The position numbers and the translations under genes are program-made. A model generated the notes under the pieces. The model saw only the letters and a program-made list of their open reading frames with translations. It was not told the origin of the DNA and searched no databases. 64,000 nucleotides of DNA from Macrostomum hystrix (lineage: Eukaryota > Animalia > Platyhelminthes): assembly GCA_950097015.1 (NCBI GenBank), contig CATNEN010000038.1:22382001-22446000 (forward strand), read 5' to 3'. Within the stretch, counting starts at the first letter, position 1, and the number at the start of each line of letters is the position of its first letter. This document shows, piece after piece, positions 13,593 to 27,000 of this stretch.

Positions 13593-14309
13593 CTTTGTGC
13601 GTCTTGAATAAAAAAATTAAGAGTAAAAAGCAGTCCCTTAATAGAGCTTTTTGTGCAACACAGCGAATAGTCTATGGTCCATCTCGCCCTAATTTTTCTA
13701 TTTTTCTCATCCTAACACTGAAATTTAGTCTATGGCCAATCTCTAAAGAAACTTATAAGCGGTACGCAATGAAAACATACACGCCGTTCGCAATGATCAT
13801 AACGCAATCATTGCGGGACTCGGTTAGGCCATAGAACAATGCGCGTTGCCCACATTGGAACCATAGACAAATTTTCCATAAATTTAAGATATTATTAGCT
13901 AGACGAAATCCGAATTACTTTCATTTGTAGCTTTCTATTAAACCACACCGCGATGGAAGAAAAATTTGATAGCGACAATATTTACGGACGCAGAATTGGC
14001 TAGCTTGCGACAGGTCTCAGATGCGGCAATAGGATGTAGGATATACTAGCCGGTTAGCCCCCCCTCCGGGGCGTCTCTGATAGTCTCGCCGAGCCTCAAG
14101 TCGATGCATGCGGACATCAGCACTCTCCAGCTTCCGCCTCCCCATATCAATATGAAAGTCACTCTGCAGCCAACTCACGCCTCAGCCAACTTAAGTATAT
14201 AGACTAGCAAGTTTTGCCCCCCTTCGGGGAGCAGAAATATTTTTAATTCGTCCCGTATATACTTTTTAGCAGCTGTATTTTCAGCTTTTTTTAAGCTACT
14301 GGGGGATTT

Positions 14310-14665
14310 TAATGATCCCCCAGTTGACAATGATCCCACAGTTGACAAGTGCACCCAGTTGACCATGATCCCCCAGTTGACAATGATCCCACAGTTGACA
14401 AGTGCACCCAGTTGACCATGATCCCCCAGTTGACAATGATCCGCCAGTTGAAAATGATCCCCCAGTTGACCATGATCACCCAGTTGACCATGATCCCCCA
14501 GTTGACAATGATCCCCCAGTTGACAATGATCCCCCAGTTGAAAATGATCCCCCAGTTGACCATGATCACCCAGTTGACCATGATCCCCCAGTTGACCATG
14601 ATCCCCCAGTTGACCATGATCCCCCCATTTGATGATGATCCCCAGTTGATGATGACTACCCATTG
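14310..14665. repeat. 18-bp minisatellite (GTTGACCATGATCCCCCA); shorter copy at 22205-22320
   Basis: Tandem array; the flanking 14540-14820 is duplicated at 22205-22480, upstream of genes A and B. Confidence 0.95.
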
Positions 14666-15628
14666 ATGATGATTCCGATTTGAAAATCTTCTTCAGTTGA
14701 ATTTTTATATTAGCTGCTTTTGTAAAAAATTGAGAAGAACAACACTAAATGAATATTATCCATGATTAAAACTCTGGTTTAGCCATGATGCAAACTCTGG
14801 TTGGCTATGATTCAAACTCTCAGCGAAATTGAAGTTACTTAGTTTGAAATAGAAGTTGAGACTATCTACGAGTATCTATCTAAGTCTAAGACATTTCAAT
14901 AAAAATGAGAGTTAGATCAGTTAAAGTGCAGTTGATGCTCAAAACTGACTCAAAACTGTCAGAAGTTTTTTTACCTTGGCGGCGTGCTTCCTGACGTCCA
15001 CGAAGATCTGCGGCGTCGCCGCGGGATGCCTTTCGTTATGTTATGGCGCTTCTGCAGTTCATTGCGTACATTGTTGTTGTTGTTGTTTTCATAGGCACTT
15101 GTAATTGAAAGCTATATTATCGAGCAAGAATTATTAGACATGGATGCTTAATTTTTAGTGCGCATTCTAGGGTTAGGAAGTCCGAGGCTGCATTTGATGG
15201 TCACTGCGATGGAAGAAGAATTTGATAGCGACAATATTTACAGACGCAGAAACACACTAAAAGTGGGAAACGAACCTCGCGCTGGCGGACCGAGACCGGT
15301 TTAAGCCATAGACTAGGCGTTCCTGGCAAAGTATTAGCCCAATAACTGTCAATAAAATAAGCAGTAAGATTTTAAAAGAAAGAACAAGAAAGAACAAGTG
15401 CAGACAAATGAACTTGCAGCAACACAACTTGGTCAAAGCTTCGAAATAAAGCAGATTGTGCATTTTATAAGATTTGCTGTGAACAGTGCTACTCTCTGGA
15501 TCATCAAATCATATCGCAGGTGCCGATTCATTCAAGTAGGACGTCATAGTAAATCCGCAATAATTTCTGAGTTGATTTCAGCAGCACAAGTTTTTACTGA
15601 TTTTGAAATTTTCAAACTGGCCAAGGCC

Positions 15629-17829
15629 ATGCTTCTACTGATCCTGGCCCTGCAAGTTTCCATGGCAACTGCAACCTGTGAGTTGCCAATTCGCAGGTAT
15701 CAAGTGCTCAACTCCTGGCAGTCGTCCTTTAAGACGATCCGCGGAATAACGCCTTGCTTCAACAACAGAAGCTCCGAATCAACAATTTTGGATGCTTTTG
15801 CCATCTACAGAGTCTTAGATACAATATATAAGAGATTCGTTATCCCCAGCTACGCGTTCTTCCACAGCAGAGACAGAAGCCAAGCAGACGGAGGATTTCA
15901 TTGGTTCGCAGTGCAGCTGAATGAGTTGGTGCTCATCAGATCAGTTACTGTAAAGGGCATAGAGGGTGAGTCACTGCTCAATTTTTTCTATACACATCAG
16001 CTTCCACTGCTTAGTCGTGAAGTTCTCACTTTTAGATCGCACTAAATATCTCTACCCGAGAGCCAGAGACATCGAGATCTGGACATCGAGCAGCGGCAGT
16101 CAACTGTTCTCAGGTGATCACTGCAGCTCAAAAAACATGAGCAGCCAGTTCAGAGAGTCTCAGCATCTCTGGAGACGGTGCGGCCTGACGGTGAGCAAGC
16201 AGGCGCGTATCGAGGCTGGTGAGATCTTCACCGTGAACTGCTTAGCGGAGGTGAGACCTGCTCTGTGCCTTGAGTTGTGCTCTGATGAGTTCTGGATCCC
16301 ACTGAGATTTCATCTCAACTCCAGGTGAGACACTTGCTGCTGCGAAGGAACATTACTGTGTCACCTAATTATGAGGCCTACATGAGCTTCGCAGATCTCA
16401 GGCTTCAGACTATGCATCTGAGTGAGTTCGGGTCTTTTACTATGGACCTATTGTTGTGAAAGGGAAATTCATAAATTTCCTTAAATTTTCTTTAGCAATG
16501 TCGATTGGATGGTTTGTAAATCTCCAGAATCCTCAGCGCCTCAGCTGGTGCCTCAGAGCTCAAAGTTCAGTGTGAGCTGCTTGCTGGACTGCAGCGATGG
16601 AGTAAAACTCAACTCGAGCTCAAGCGAGCTACAGCTGTGCACTCCCAACGGCAGCTGCATAAATGGCCATGAGCTGCACATTGGCAGCGCTCAGCCTGAG
16701 CACTCAGGTGACTACTGGTGCAGATTCGGATCGTTTGCAGAAACATCCACTGTCAGAGTGCTGAGTGAGTTCAATTTTAAAGTATTTCTCAAGCAGGAAG
16801 TGCACAAGTCAAGCTTAAAATTTCAATGGTAACTTATTTTCCAGCGGTTTCGGTAGATCAGGTCGTGGCCCTCAAGTCGAGGTTCTCTGTGGGCTGTGAG
16901 CTGCACTGCAACAGCTCAATGCTGTGCTCAAACTCAAGCGGGCTCCAGCTCTGCCTTCCGAACGGTACCTGCATTGCAGAACACGAGACTGCAGTGGCTG
17001 AAGCTCGGCCTGATCACTCTGGAAAGTACTCTTGCAGACTTGGCTCTGTCAGCAAGCAGACCTCAGTCACCGTGCTCTGTGAGCAGATTTTTTACTTTCT
17101 TTTAACGAATTATAAGGGCCTGAAAGCGGGACATTTAAAATTTAACACCTTAAAATTCCCACCAGACCCGCCATCGAGTCTATCGATAAAATTCCTGGAA
17201 AGCTGCAAAAGCATGGCAAGAATAACGGTACAGGTCAGATCATCGGCTTCTCACCCAATGCCTGAGCACACGTGCAACTTTCAAGCTGGCGAACTCAATG
17301 GAAAAAATGTCTCTCTGCTTGAACTTGTGAGTTGCATTCCGTATGATTCTTGAAAGACTTGGTCGCAACTCACTGTACTATATGAAACTGCAGGTGCCAG
17401 ACAACAGGGGCCTCCTTACCACGTGGTCGCTCGACAGCGGTGTTGAGCATGACATGAGCAGGAGCGAAGTCTTTGTCAACTGCAGTGCGGCACAGAACCT
17501 CCCTGAGAACATGACTTTCGGCTCACCTGTTTACACCACGGCTCGACTCGTCTGCCCTCGGGCTGGGCTCACGACTTTCACGATTGCTGTCTTAGCCACC
17601 ATCGTTTTCGTTGTTGTGTCAGTCGTCTGTGCTGCATGCTTTCTGCTCATCTCGAAGGTCAGTGCAGGAAAATGTGGCGATCGTGCACTTCAGCAGCTGA
17701 CGGCTCTGAACCTTTCCATTGCAGCTCCGAGTGCCGTCAACTGAGCCTTCAGCAGCCGGGCTCAACCTAAGCTCAGGCATTCAGGAGGAATCTAAAGTGT
17801 CACCTGAGGTGTCTCATCCTGCTAATTAG
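15629..17829 (+). CDS. Receptor gene A: SP - F-type lectin-like - Ig - Ig - Ig(C2-like) - TM - 36-aa tail, 549 aa; exons 15629-15965, 16036-16250, 16325-16421, 16528-16764, 16845-17078, 17166-17326, 17394-17657, 17725-17829
   Basis: Signal peptide MLLLILALQVSMATA. FTLD/discoidin-like pattern FFHS..HWFAVQL..V.IRSVTV..D..R..EIW..CG..G.IFTVNC..RHLLL..MSFADLRL. Ig F-strand motifs HSGDYWC and HSGKYSC, YPP linker, TM IAVLATIVFVVVSVVCAACFLLI. Seven short GT-AG introns; exon sum 1650 nt. Confidence 0.8.
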
Positions 17830-17917
17830 GTGAGTCAACGAGTCACTTAGACTTCAGCGAGCAAACAGGGACAGTCCTGTCCGAGAAATGCCACGTTGCT
17901 TATCCATTAATCTCGAT

Positions 17918-18082
17918 GGCTACTTGGCTACAGTGGCTACTTGGCTACAGTGGCTACATGGCTACAGTGGCTACTTGGCTACAGTGGCTACTTGGCTACA
18001 GTGGCTACTTGGCTACAGTGGCTACTTGGCTACAGTGGCTACTTGGCTACAGTGGCTACTTGGCTACAGTGGCTACTTGGCA
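17918..18082. repeat. 17-bp minisatellite (GGCTACTTGGCTACAGT) in the intron after the receptor stop codon; also 42201-42580 and 48540-48850 (inverted)
   Basis: Same position in all three paralogs; source of spurious LATVATWLQWLLGYSGY ORFs. Confidence 0.95.
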
Positions 18083-18189
18083 ATAATGCCACTATATCGG
18101 AAATGGGTCGGGTAATGGGGATCAGGACCCGGTAGCTGATGGATGTGTGGCAACCCTGCATGATGGGGATCAGGACCCGGTAGCTGATG

Positions 18190-18500
18190 GATTCTCTAAA
18201 CCATAATTGTAATGTTTCTAAGAAACTGTCAAGTAAGATTTCTCAAAGCATACCTGTAAGTTTTTAAAAGACTTTAAGGTTTCTAAGAAACTGTAAGGTT
18301 TCCAAGAAACTGTTAGGTTTTAAAGAAACTGTTATGTTTTAAAGAAACTGTAAGGTTTCCAAGAAACTGTACTTCACTTACTTGACTTATCTGCAGGGCG
18401 GTCCGACACAACGGGGAGGTGGGGAGGCGGTCGCCCATACCGCTAATCCCTGAAAGACCCGCAATCGGCCGATGGCGCGGGGCCAGTCAGGGAGGCCAGT
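18190..18500 (+). repeat. Duplicated block: NELFCD intron-5 repeat plus LINE 3' end, matching 60304-60705
   Basis: Near-identical text including TACTTCACTTACTTGACTTATCTGCAGGGCGG. Confidence 0.85.
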
Positions 18501-19136
18501 CACTGGGGCCGTTACTCGTAGAAACACCCCTCGTAGAAACAACAAAACTTATGCATTCAATACGTAATTATTTATCATTGCGTTGCGTCTCTATTCTTTC
18601 TTCCAGTGCTCATGTGTTCTTACTATTTGCGTTATTTTCTTCACTCTGATGTACAGTGCCACCTGTAAGTTTGTTGTATTCAATTCCAGTTTTTTTGTCT
18701 TCAGTGTCAGTGTTTCATCGTATTCTCCTGTTCACCCTGTTCTTACCTGTTTCCAGCCTTTAAGAGGCAGTGCTTGTCACATAATAATAAATTTGTTCAG
18801 AGTGTTGCATTCTAGCATTGCTTATGTCTCTATACGCGGCACTGACGTACCAGTGACACATTTGTCTTAAGCCTTCTTCAAAAAATCTTTCTTGTTATTA
18901 GGCTACAGAGTTGACTTCAAATATAACTGCGTTATCCTCAAGCAAGGTAACCCAAGAATTTAGCATATTGCCTAAACGTGTACTCAATTTCGAGCCGTAC
19001 TCAATTTGAAATACGGCTCGTAGAAGACCGCGCGACTTGTGACGACGTATACCATTCTGTCAGTAGAAAAACACGACGATAACGCACGTAGTGACATCCG
19101 GGATCTCTCTTCTCTCTCTCAATCCAGTCTGCCTTG

Positions 19137-20347
19137 TCAACCATCTGCTGGTACTTCCTCCGTCTCGTTGCCGTTGGAGTCGTTGAGTTGGTCGTGCGCC
19201 GCGTACCGCCATCTGGTATTCCTGGTGCCTAGATCCACCGCTTGCAGCCGGCCTGCGTCGTTAGTGACGTTGCGAGGTTGGCGGAATCCGCTGCAGCATA
19301 GCAGATGCTTCACAGATCGCTTGAACTTAGCACTGCGGTAGATGAAAACGAAAATGGTCATGCAGTGGTTTAATAGAGACAGTCTCATGCTGCCGTGCAC
19401 CAAATCGGCTAGCTTGGCCAGGTAATCCACATTCTGAGCCACGTCCATCAACTCCATGGAGGTGTCTAGCAATGGTCGGGACACTAGCAGCGAAATGTTG
19501 AACACCAGGTACATGATAGACAGAGGGAGCACTATTACGGTGCCTTTGAGTCCATTTCGCCCCGTGGGCTGTCCTCCGGTCATTGCTCTTTTCTTTCTCA
19601 TGGCGATTGCCACCTTCACCAGCATGAGCGCGTTCAGAATCAAAATTAGTCCGATAAACAGGGTTGGCGGACTGGAGAAAGACGTCTTGAAGATCCTCAT
19701 GAAAACCGTAGCCGATGGACGATGAAAGCAATAGATTTGCAGCGAGTTGTCCGCCATCCTTAGGTAGATATGGCCACTGAGCAGCACGTTGGGCAAGTTG
19801 ATTAGTAAGGTGAGGACAGAGCTAATAGCCAGGCTACCCATGGCCCAACGAGTACCGAATCACTTCATCATCAGGGGCCAGTAAACGACCAGGAAATGAT
19901 CGGCCACAAGAATTAGCAGCCACACGGAATCTAGGCCGTACAAGTACTTCATAGTGAAGCGAGACAATTTGCACCAGGTGTCGCTCAAATTGTACACAAA
20001 AAAACCGAATCTGCCACCGCAAATCCAGGCGAGGCCTTTGGGGATGAAGAAATGTAACAGACCCGAAATCACGATGGTGATCGAGTCCGCTATGGCGATG
20101 CAGCCGATCTAAACATTCTGGCGAGTCAGCGGTCTCAACTTGCGTATAGCATAACGTGCGCTATGATCCAATTGCCAAGTACGCCGATCAGCAGTACAGC
20201 CGGCATGCCGAAGGCGGAGAAGGCGCCAATGACGACGTCGGTGATGCAGAAGGACAGCCGTTTCGGCAAGCCGCTCTGACAGTCGCGCACCATAGCCATG
20301 GCGCTCTCCACGTAGTCGATGCGAACTGTGTGGTTGCCACTAGCCAT
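19137..20347 (-). pseudogene. Intronless rhodopsin-like (class A) GPCR pseudogene
   Basis: GVLGN (TM1), IAIADS (TM2), C..DHF (DRY-like), later TMs and TM7 NHCMTIFVFIYRSAKFK. Frameshift near 20146 and in-frame stops near 20109 and at 19860. Confidence 0.85.
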
Positions 20348-21639
20348 CCAGATGTTAGAAGTTCGGTTTCAATTAAATCCAACAGACTGGCTGTCCAGCA
20401 ATTGGAAATTTTTTGTATTGGGAAAATTTTGTTGAACGAAGCGCAACGTTAGGAGCTTGGAAATGCATTTCACTAAGAAGGTATACCACTGCGTAACTTC
20501 ATGCTGCTTTTGTGCAATCCTGACTTAATAAAGCTCGACAACAATAATTTCTACAGAAAGGTATTTTAAAACTGGTAACAAAGTTTGCCATTGAAACGAG
20601 CCAGGGACTATACTGGCTTAATGTTTTCAGTTGTATTTCAAATTAATGCAATATTACACAAGCTTCAACCAGCCACCATTTGTATCGTAATTTTGTCAGT
20701 CATTAAACAAAGACAGTTATTTATATCCGTCCGTCATCAAGCATGGTTGATTCTGCTGTTACTCGGCGCTCGAGTGGTTGTAGTAAAGCCGACAGCCACG
20801 CCAATTAGATAGATTCTAATAGAATAAATCATCCAAGACTAGGTTTAAATAAGTGCGAGAAAGTAAAACAAAAAATAATCAGTTATGAAATCTCACTGTT
20901 TCTCCATGGGTCCCTTGAAGTCTACTTTATCCTTGTATTCTGGAAAATATAAAACTATAAGTTTATTATGAAATATGAAATGCAATCATTGTAACTGTTT
21001 ATTAAACAAAATAATTACAATGAGCTAACCGTTCTTAGTTTGAAAACCTCCAGGAGCAGCAAGGGATTCCTCAATGCCGCTGCTTGCAAGCAGAACTGAC
21101 AATGAAAAGTTGTTGTGTAGAAAAGTCTGTAAAAGATAATGAAGATATTATCATTTTTTAGTTTTATTAAAACTTACGCAGCAGAAGTGGAACTAGGGCT
21201 CGCATTCTGGCTACGTTGATGTCCGGGAGTACCTTTTTACGTTTCTTCACACCTTTGAGCAGTTTTTGAAGCGAAAATTTGTGTTCTTTATCTAGTCAGT
21301 GAGCTTACCCATTGCTAAGTTAAGCTACCAACGCAACTGTGTGCTCAACATGCTTGATCTGACGCCTACCAGATGGTGTCTCATAGACCGATTGTAATTC
21401 AATACCAAAGAATATATGGCTTAGATTTGCTTTCTCAGTTCCTTTGTTTGCCGTTGAGTGTACAAGTGAAAGCACAGCTCCAGGTTAGATTTTTTAGCTA
21501 CCGAGTTAAGCTAAAATGTAAGACATACGAGCTAAATGTTTCGTTTCTTGCTCCAGACGACATAATGGGTCTCTAGAGTAGTTTCAGGAATCAAAAGAAA
21601 TCTACTTTAATCTTGTCTGTCAGAAGGTACTTGTTGCCT

Positions 21640-21880
21640 TGTGGTTAGAGCTTCAAACTTCTGATCCAGAGATCGAAAGTTCGAATCCCAATTAAAGGGA
21701 AACTATGTGTCCTTAGGCAGGACACTTTCTTTAGTGCTTCAGTTCGCCCAGCTGTAAAATGAGTGCCAGCATCAGCTGGGTTAGGCGTGGGGTCCTCTCC
21801 AGTCAACGGACTGAAGAGCGGTACACGCCACACGGCTTTTGAATGCTCCGCGTCAATATATGTGAATAAACTTGAACTTG
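21640..21880 (+). mobile_element. tRNA-derived SINE with (ACTTGA)n tail
   Basis: GTGGTTAGAGC...GTTCGAATCCC head, GTGTCCTTAGGCAGGACACTT and CCCAGCTGTAAAATGAGTGCC body, AATAAACTTGAACTTGA tail. Confidence 0.75.
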
Positions 21881-22414
21881 AGAGCGATGGTTTAGGTGAC
21901 GGTCAACAAGCTCCAGTCGAAGCTCTAGGCCTTGAACGGGGTATTTATTGCGCTAACAGGGGGTATAAACCGATAAGGGAGGGTGGGTTTTGAGATGGGT
22001 ACAACTGAGTGCACATAGCTGACAATAACAAGATAGAGTGGGGCGATCGATAAGTTACTACATGTACATTAATTGAACGGAGTGGTGAGCGCATCAAAGC
22101 CGCGATGAGAAATAGATAGAGACTAAAGGTAAAATTACTGGACAGTAGCACTTTTCCGCGACAATATATATTTTTGACGTCTCAGGCAAGACACAAGTGG
22201 TAAACAGTTGACCATGATCCCCCAGTTGACAATGATCCCCCAGTTGACCTTTGATCCCCCAGTTGACAATGATCCCCCAGTTGACAATGATCCCCCAGTT
22301 GATGATGACTACCCATTGATGATGATTCCGAGTTGAAAATCTTCTTCAGTTGAATTTTTATATTAGCTGCTTTTGTAAAAAATTGAGAAGAACAACATTA
22401 AATGAATATTATCC

Positions 22415-23030
22415 ATGATTAAAACTCTGGTTTAGCCATGATTCAAACTCTGGTTGGCTATGATTCAAACTCTGGTTGGCTATGATTCAAACTCTCGTTT
22501 TGCCATGATTCAAACTCTCGTTTTGCCATGATTCAAACTCTCGTTTTGCCATGATTCAAACTCTGGTGGGCTGTGATACAAACTCTGGTTTAGCCATCAT
22601 TCAAACTCTCGTTTTGCCATGATTCAAACTCTGGTGGGCTGTGATACAAACTCTGGTTTAGCCATCATTCAAACTCTCGTTTTGCTATGATTCAAACTCT
22701 CGTTGTGCCATGATTCAAACTCTGGTGGGCTGTGATACAAACTCTGGTTTAGCCATCATTCAAACTCTCGTTTTGCCATGATTCAAACTCTGGTGGGCTG
22801 TGATACAAACTCTGGTTTAGCCATCATTCAAACTCTCGTTGTGCCATGATTCAAACTCTGGTGGGCTGTGATTCAAACTCTGGTTTAGCCATCATTCAAA
22901 CTCTCGTTTTGCTATGATTCAAACTCTCGTTTTGCCATGATTCAAACTCTGGTGGGCTGTGATACAAACTCTGGTTTAGCCATGATTCATACTCTCGTTT
23001 TGCCATGATTCAAACTCTCGTTTTGTCATT
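22415..23030. repeat. 22-23-bp minisatellite (ATTCAAACTCTCGTTTTGCCATG and variants)
   Basis: Tandem array; only ~3 units at the paralogous site 14760-14820. Confidence 0.95.
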
Positions 23031-24024
23031 CAAAAGTGAATGAAAAGTTCCCCCTTATTTTTTTAATTATTTTAAAAAAACTGCTTCGCATCCATCACTA
23101 CTGCCTAGGACAATTAATTTAAATTTTTGACACAGTGAAGAGTCGAACCAAGGACACTTCGCATAGCCAAGCCTAACCTTTTCCTAGTGCCTACACATCA
23201 GCTACTCCGACTCTTGGATTGCGGATGCAAAAGTAGACTCTTTTGCTTTAGCCGACCGATGGCAACTGGTCTGACTGGCGAGGTTGAGACCATAGACACG
23301 ATGAATCCTGACTGCAAGCATTATTATATTATTGCACTCGAGGCCAACCACTGGCAAAAAAATCGAAATGCCGAATGACGAAAGAGAGTATGGGCGGTAG
23401 ACAGGTTTTTCTCTATTTTAACAATAGAAGCATTTTCTCAATTTAACAAGGAAGCATTTTCACAATTGCAACCAAAAATGAAACAAATCGAGTTGGAAAA
23501 AAATTGGCCACCAATTGCGTCCTCAACCGTGTTACATAGAAAGTGAAAAAAAGAAAGAATGTGAACTTTAGTATATAGATAGTGTATATAGGATCTGTGG
23601 TATCGGCTATGCCTCCCCATGTGACCCATTAAAGTGCTCGCAGTTTTTACCGAATTGATTCTGTCTTCTATGGTACATCCCGACACCGCTGCCACGTCAT
23701 ACTGCTGACAGCCACGCACCAATTTAAACGCAGAAAGAACCAAAAAGGATTATTGAAAGAGCTAACATTATCGAGCAAGAACAAGAAACAACAAGTGCAG
23801 ACAAATGAACTTGCAGCAACACAACTTGGTCAAAGCTTCGAAATAAAGCAGATTGTGCCTTTATTAGATTTGCTGTGAACAGTGTTACTCTCTGGATCAT
23901 CAAATCATATCGCAGGTGCCGATTCATTCCAATTGGAGGTCATAGTGAATCCGCTTTAATTTCTGGGTTGTTTTCAGCAGCACTAATTTTTACTGATTTT
24001 GAAATTCTCCAACTGGCCAATGCC

Positions 24025-27000
24025 ATGCTTCTGCTGATCCTGGCACTGCAAGTTTCCATGGCAACTGCAGCCTGTGAGTTTCCGATTCGCAGGAGCCTAG
24101 TGCTCAGCTCCTGGCAGTCGTCCTTTGAGACGATCGGCGGAAGAACGTCTTGCTTCAGCAGCAGAAGCTCCGCCGAAGAGGAAAGGACGGTAAAGAATTC
24201 TGGCCTCTTTAGTTATCCCAGCTACGCGTTCTTCCACAGCAGAGACAGAAGCCAAGCAGACGGAGGATTTCATTGGTTCGCAGTGCAGCTGAATGAGCCA
24301 GTGCTCATCGGATCAGTTTCTGTGAAGGGCAGAGAGGGTGAGTCACTGGCCAATTTTTTCTATCCACATCAGCTTCCACTGCTTAGTCGTGAAGTTCTCA
24401 CTTTTAGATGGCGCTACATTTGTCTACCCGAGAGCCAGAGACATCGAGATCTGGACATCGAGCAGCAGCAGTCAACTGTTCTCAGGTGATCACTGCAGCT
24501 CAAAAAACATGAGCAGCCAGTTCAGAGAGTCTCAGCAGCTCTGGAGACGGTGCGGCCTGACGGTGAGCAAGCAGGCGCGTATCGAGGCTGGTGAGATCTT
24601 CACCGTGAACTGCTTAGCGGAGGTGAGACCTGCTCTGTGCCTTGAGTTGTGCTCTGATGAGTTCTGGATCCCACTGAGATTTCATCTGAACTCCAGGTGA
24701 GGTACTTGCTGCTGCGAAGGAACATTACTGTGTTATCTTATCCTGACGACTTCATGAGCTTCGCAGATCTCAGGCTTGAGATTGTGTATCTGTGTGAGTT
24801 CGGGTCTTTTACTATGGACTTATTGTTGTGAAAGGAAAATTCTAAAATTTCCTTGATTTAGCAATGTCGATTGATAATTTGTAAATCTCCAGTAACCTTA
24901 GCGCCTCAGCTGGTGCCTCAGAACTCAGAGTTCAGTGTGAGCTGCATGATGGACTGCGATGGAGTACTTGACTCGAGCTCAAGCGAGCTGCAGCTGTGCT
25001 CTCCCAACGGCAGCTGCATAAATGGCCATGAGCTGCACATTGGCAGTGCTCAGCCTGAGCACTCCGGTGACTACAGGTGCAGATTCGGATCGGTTGCAGA
25101 TACATCCACTGTCAGTGTGCTGAGTGAGTTCACTTTTAAAGTAATTTTTCAAGCAGGAAGTGCACAATTTTAGCAGATTTTCTACTTTGTTTATCACTTT
25201 TAGAGAATAATAAGGGCCTGAAAGCGGGACATTTTTGCGCTTCAAATCGTAGCTCGGACAAATTACACAAACGGTAAAAAATAGCAAAATGCAGAAGTTA
25301 GCTTGGGGAAATTGGTTAAAGTATAAAGGCTGAAAGCAAATTTAAACACAATAAGGAATAATAGAGCATTGCTCGAGTTATTTTCCGAATTGCTTGGAAG
25401 GAGTGTCGCGAAATTGAGAGAAGTAATATTTTTTTAGCTGGCCTGCGGGTAGCCAATGGAGAGAAGAGAAGCGAAAGTGACCGGGCGCTGTGTTGGTTAA
25501 GTATATAGTATCCAATGAAAGAGGGTCCTAAATGAAATTCAGCAACGCTAAGCGCAACACCAACGGATGCAGTAATCAAAAGTTATGACTGATCCCGTTT
25601 TGCATGTTTTAGCCCCACGGGGGGTCAAAATTTGGGATTTCCGCATCCACCTTCGGGGCAAGTGGATGCTTAGAAAATTCAAAATATACATTTTGAATGA
25701 CCAAAATCACGTTTTTGGGATTTAATTACCCACATCTTCGGTAAACAATATCCAATCAGTCTGAAACCAACATTCTAGTATAGGCGACACCCAGAGGCGT
25801 CCAAAGTGCACCCTGTACTAAAAGTACTTTAAAAGTGCACATTTTTTTCAATCATAAAAGTGCAAAGTCAAAAAATCTCTTCACTATCAAGTAGGCCAAT
25901 GTGTTGGGGTTACGACCCAGCAAGTCAAAGTTTAAAAACATGCACATTTTTCAACCTCAAAAACCCGTTTTTGACCCTATGACCCAGAAGATGAGTCAGC
26001 AAGAAAAAATCCATATCAAATCATTGTAGGCTTCTATAGCCCGCATCGACTGGATAGAGTCACTTGGTGACACCATAAAATGCCGAAAAAAGCGCCGAGA
26101 GACCAATTTTTGTCATGTCGAAAAAAATCTTATTTTTGGTTGCCATGGCAACGCTTTTCACTTCAGTACATAGACCCAAGTATTTTACATGTTTTGCAAA
26201 AAACCGCATCCAAATCAGTTCAACTGGGCAAAAGCGGCAATCTTTAAAAGTTGAAAAGCCTGCTTTCGTATCCCGACACGTTGGTTACATCTTATCAAGA
26301 TGAGATATCGCATCCGTAATGAGCAAGAGAATGCCTCGCTAACGCTCGGCTTCCTCTTGGCCATTACTGGCTCACTCATCCCAACTGGATAGAATTAGAG
26401 CGAAGTCAGAACTGACTGAAGAATCCAAGGTAAGCAGACAGCAAAACAGACAGGACAGGGTAGCAAACACCCAAAGCCAATTGAAACGCCAATAGCCAAT
26501 TCAACGATCATGCTGATTAATGGAATTCATGAAATCGTTGAGAAATTAGCTCCTCATCAACGAAAATCGATACTAGTATCCTATCCTGCCTTTACCTCGT
26601 CACAGAGACTTCAGTCACAGAAAATGGATTCGATCGCTATTTGTTTATCTGTTTATCATACAAGCTGGGCAAAACGTTTTTTCAGCGGCATCCGCGGATC
26701 AGGTTGTGCCCATCAACTCGAGTTTCGCTGTGAGCTGCGAGATTCACTGCAACAGCTCAATGCTGTGCTCAAACTCAAGCGGTCTCCAGCTCTGCCTTCC
26801 GAACGGTACCTGCATTGCAGATCACAAGATTGCAGTGGCTCGAGCACTTCTTGAGCACTCTGGAAAGTACTCTTGCAGACTTGGCTCTGTCCGCAAGCAG
26901 ACCTCAGTCGCCGTACTCTGTGAGCAGATTTTCTTTTTTTGTATAACTTTTAAAGAAAAATAAGGGCCTGATAGCGAGAAAACTTTGCGGTTCAAATCGT

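Noticed and set aside
14175-14666. Repetitive ORFs (QLGDHG; also 7653-7964, 17888-18135, 39092-39740, 42234-42639, 48478-48849)
   Set aside because: They are translations of minisatellites open in several frames
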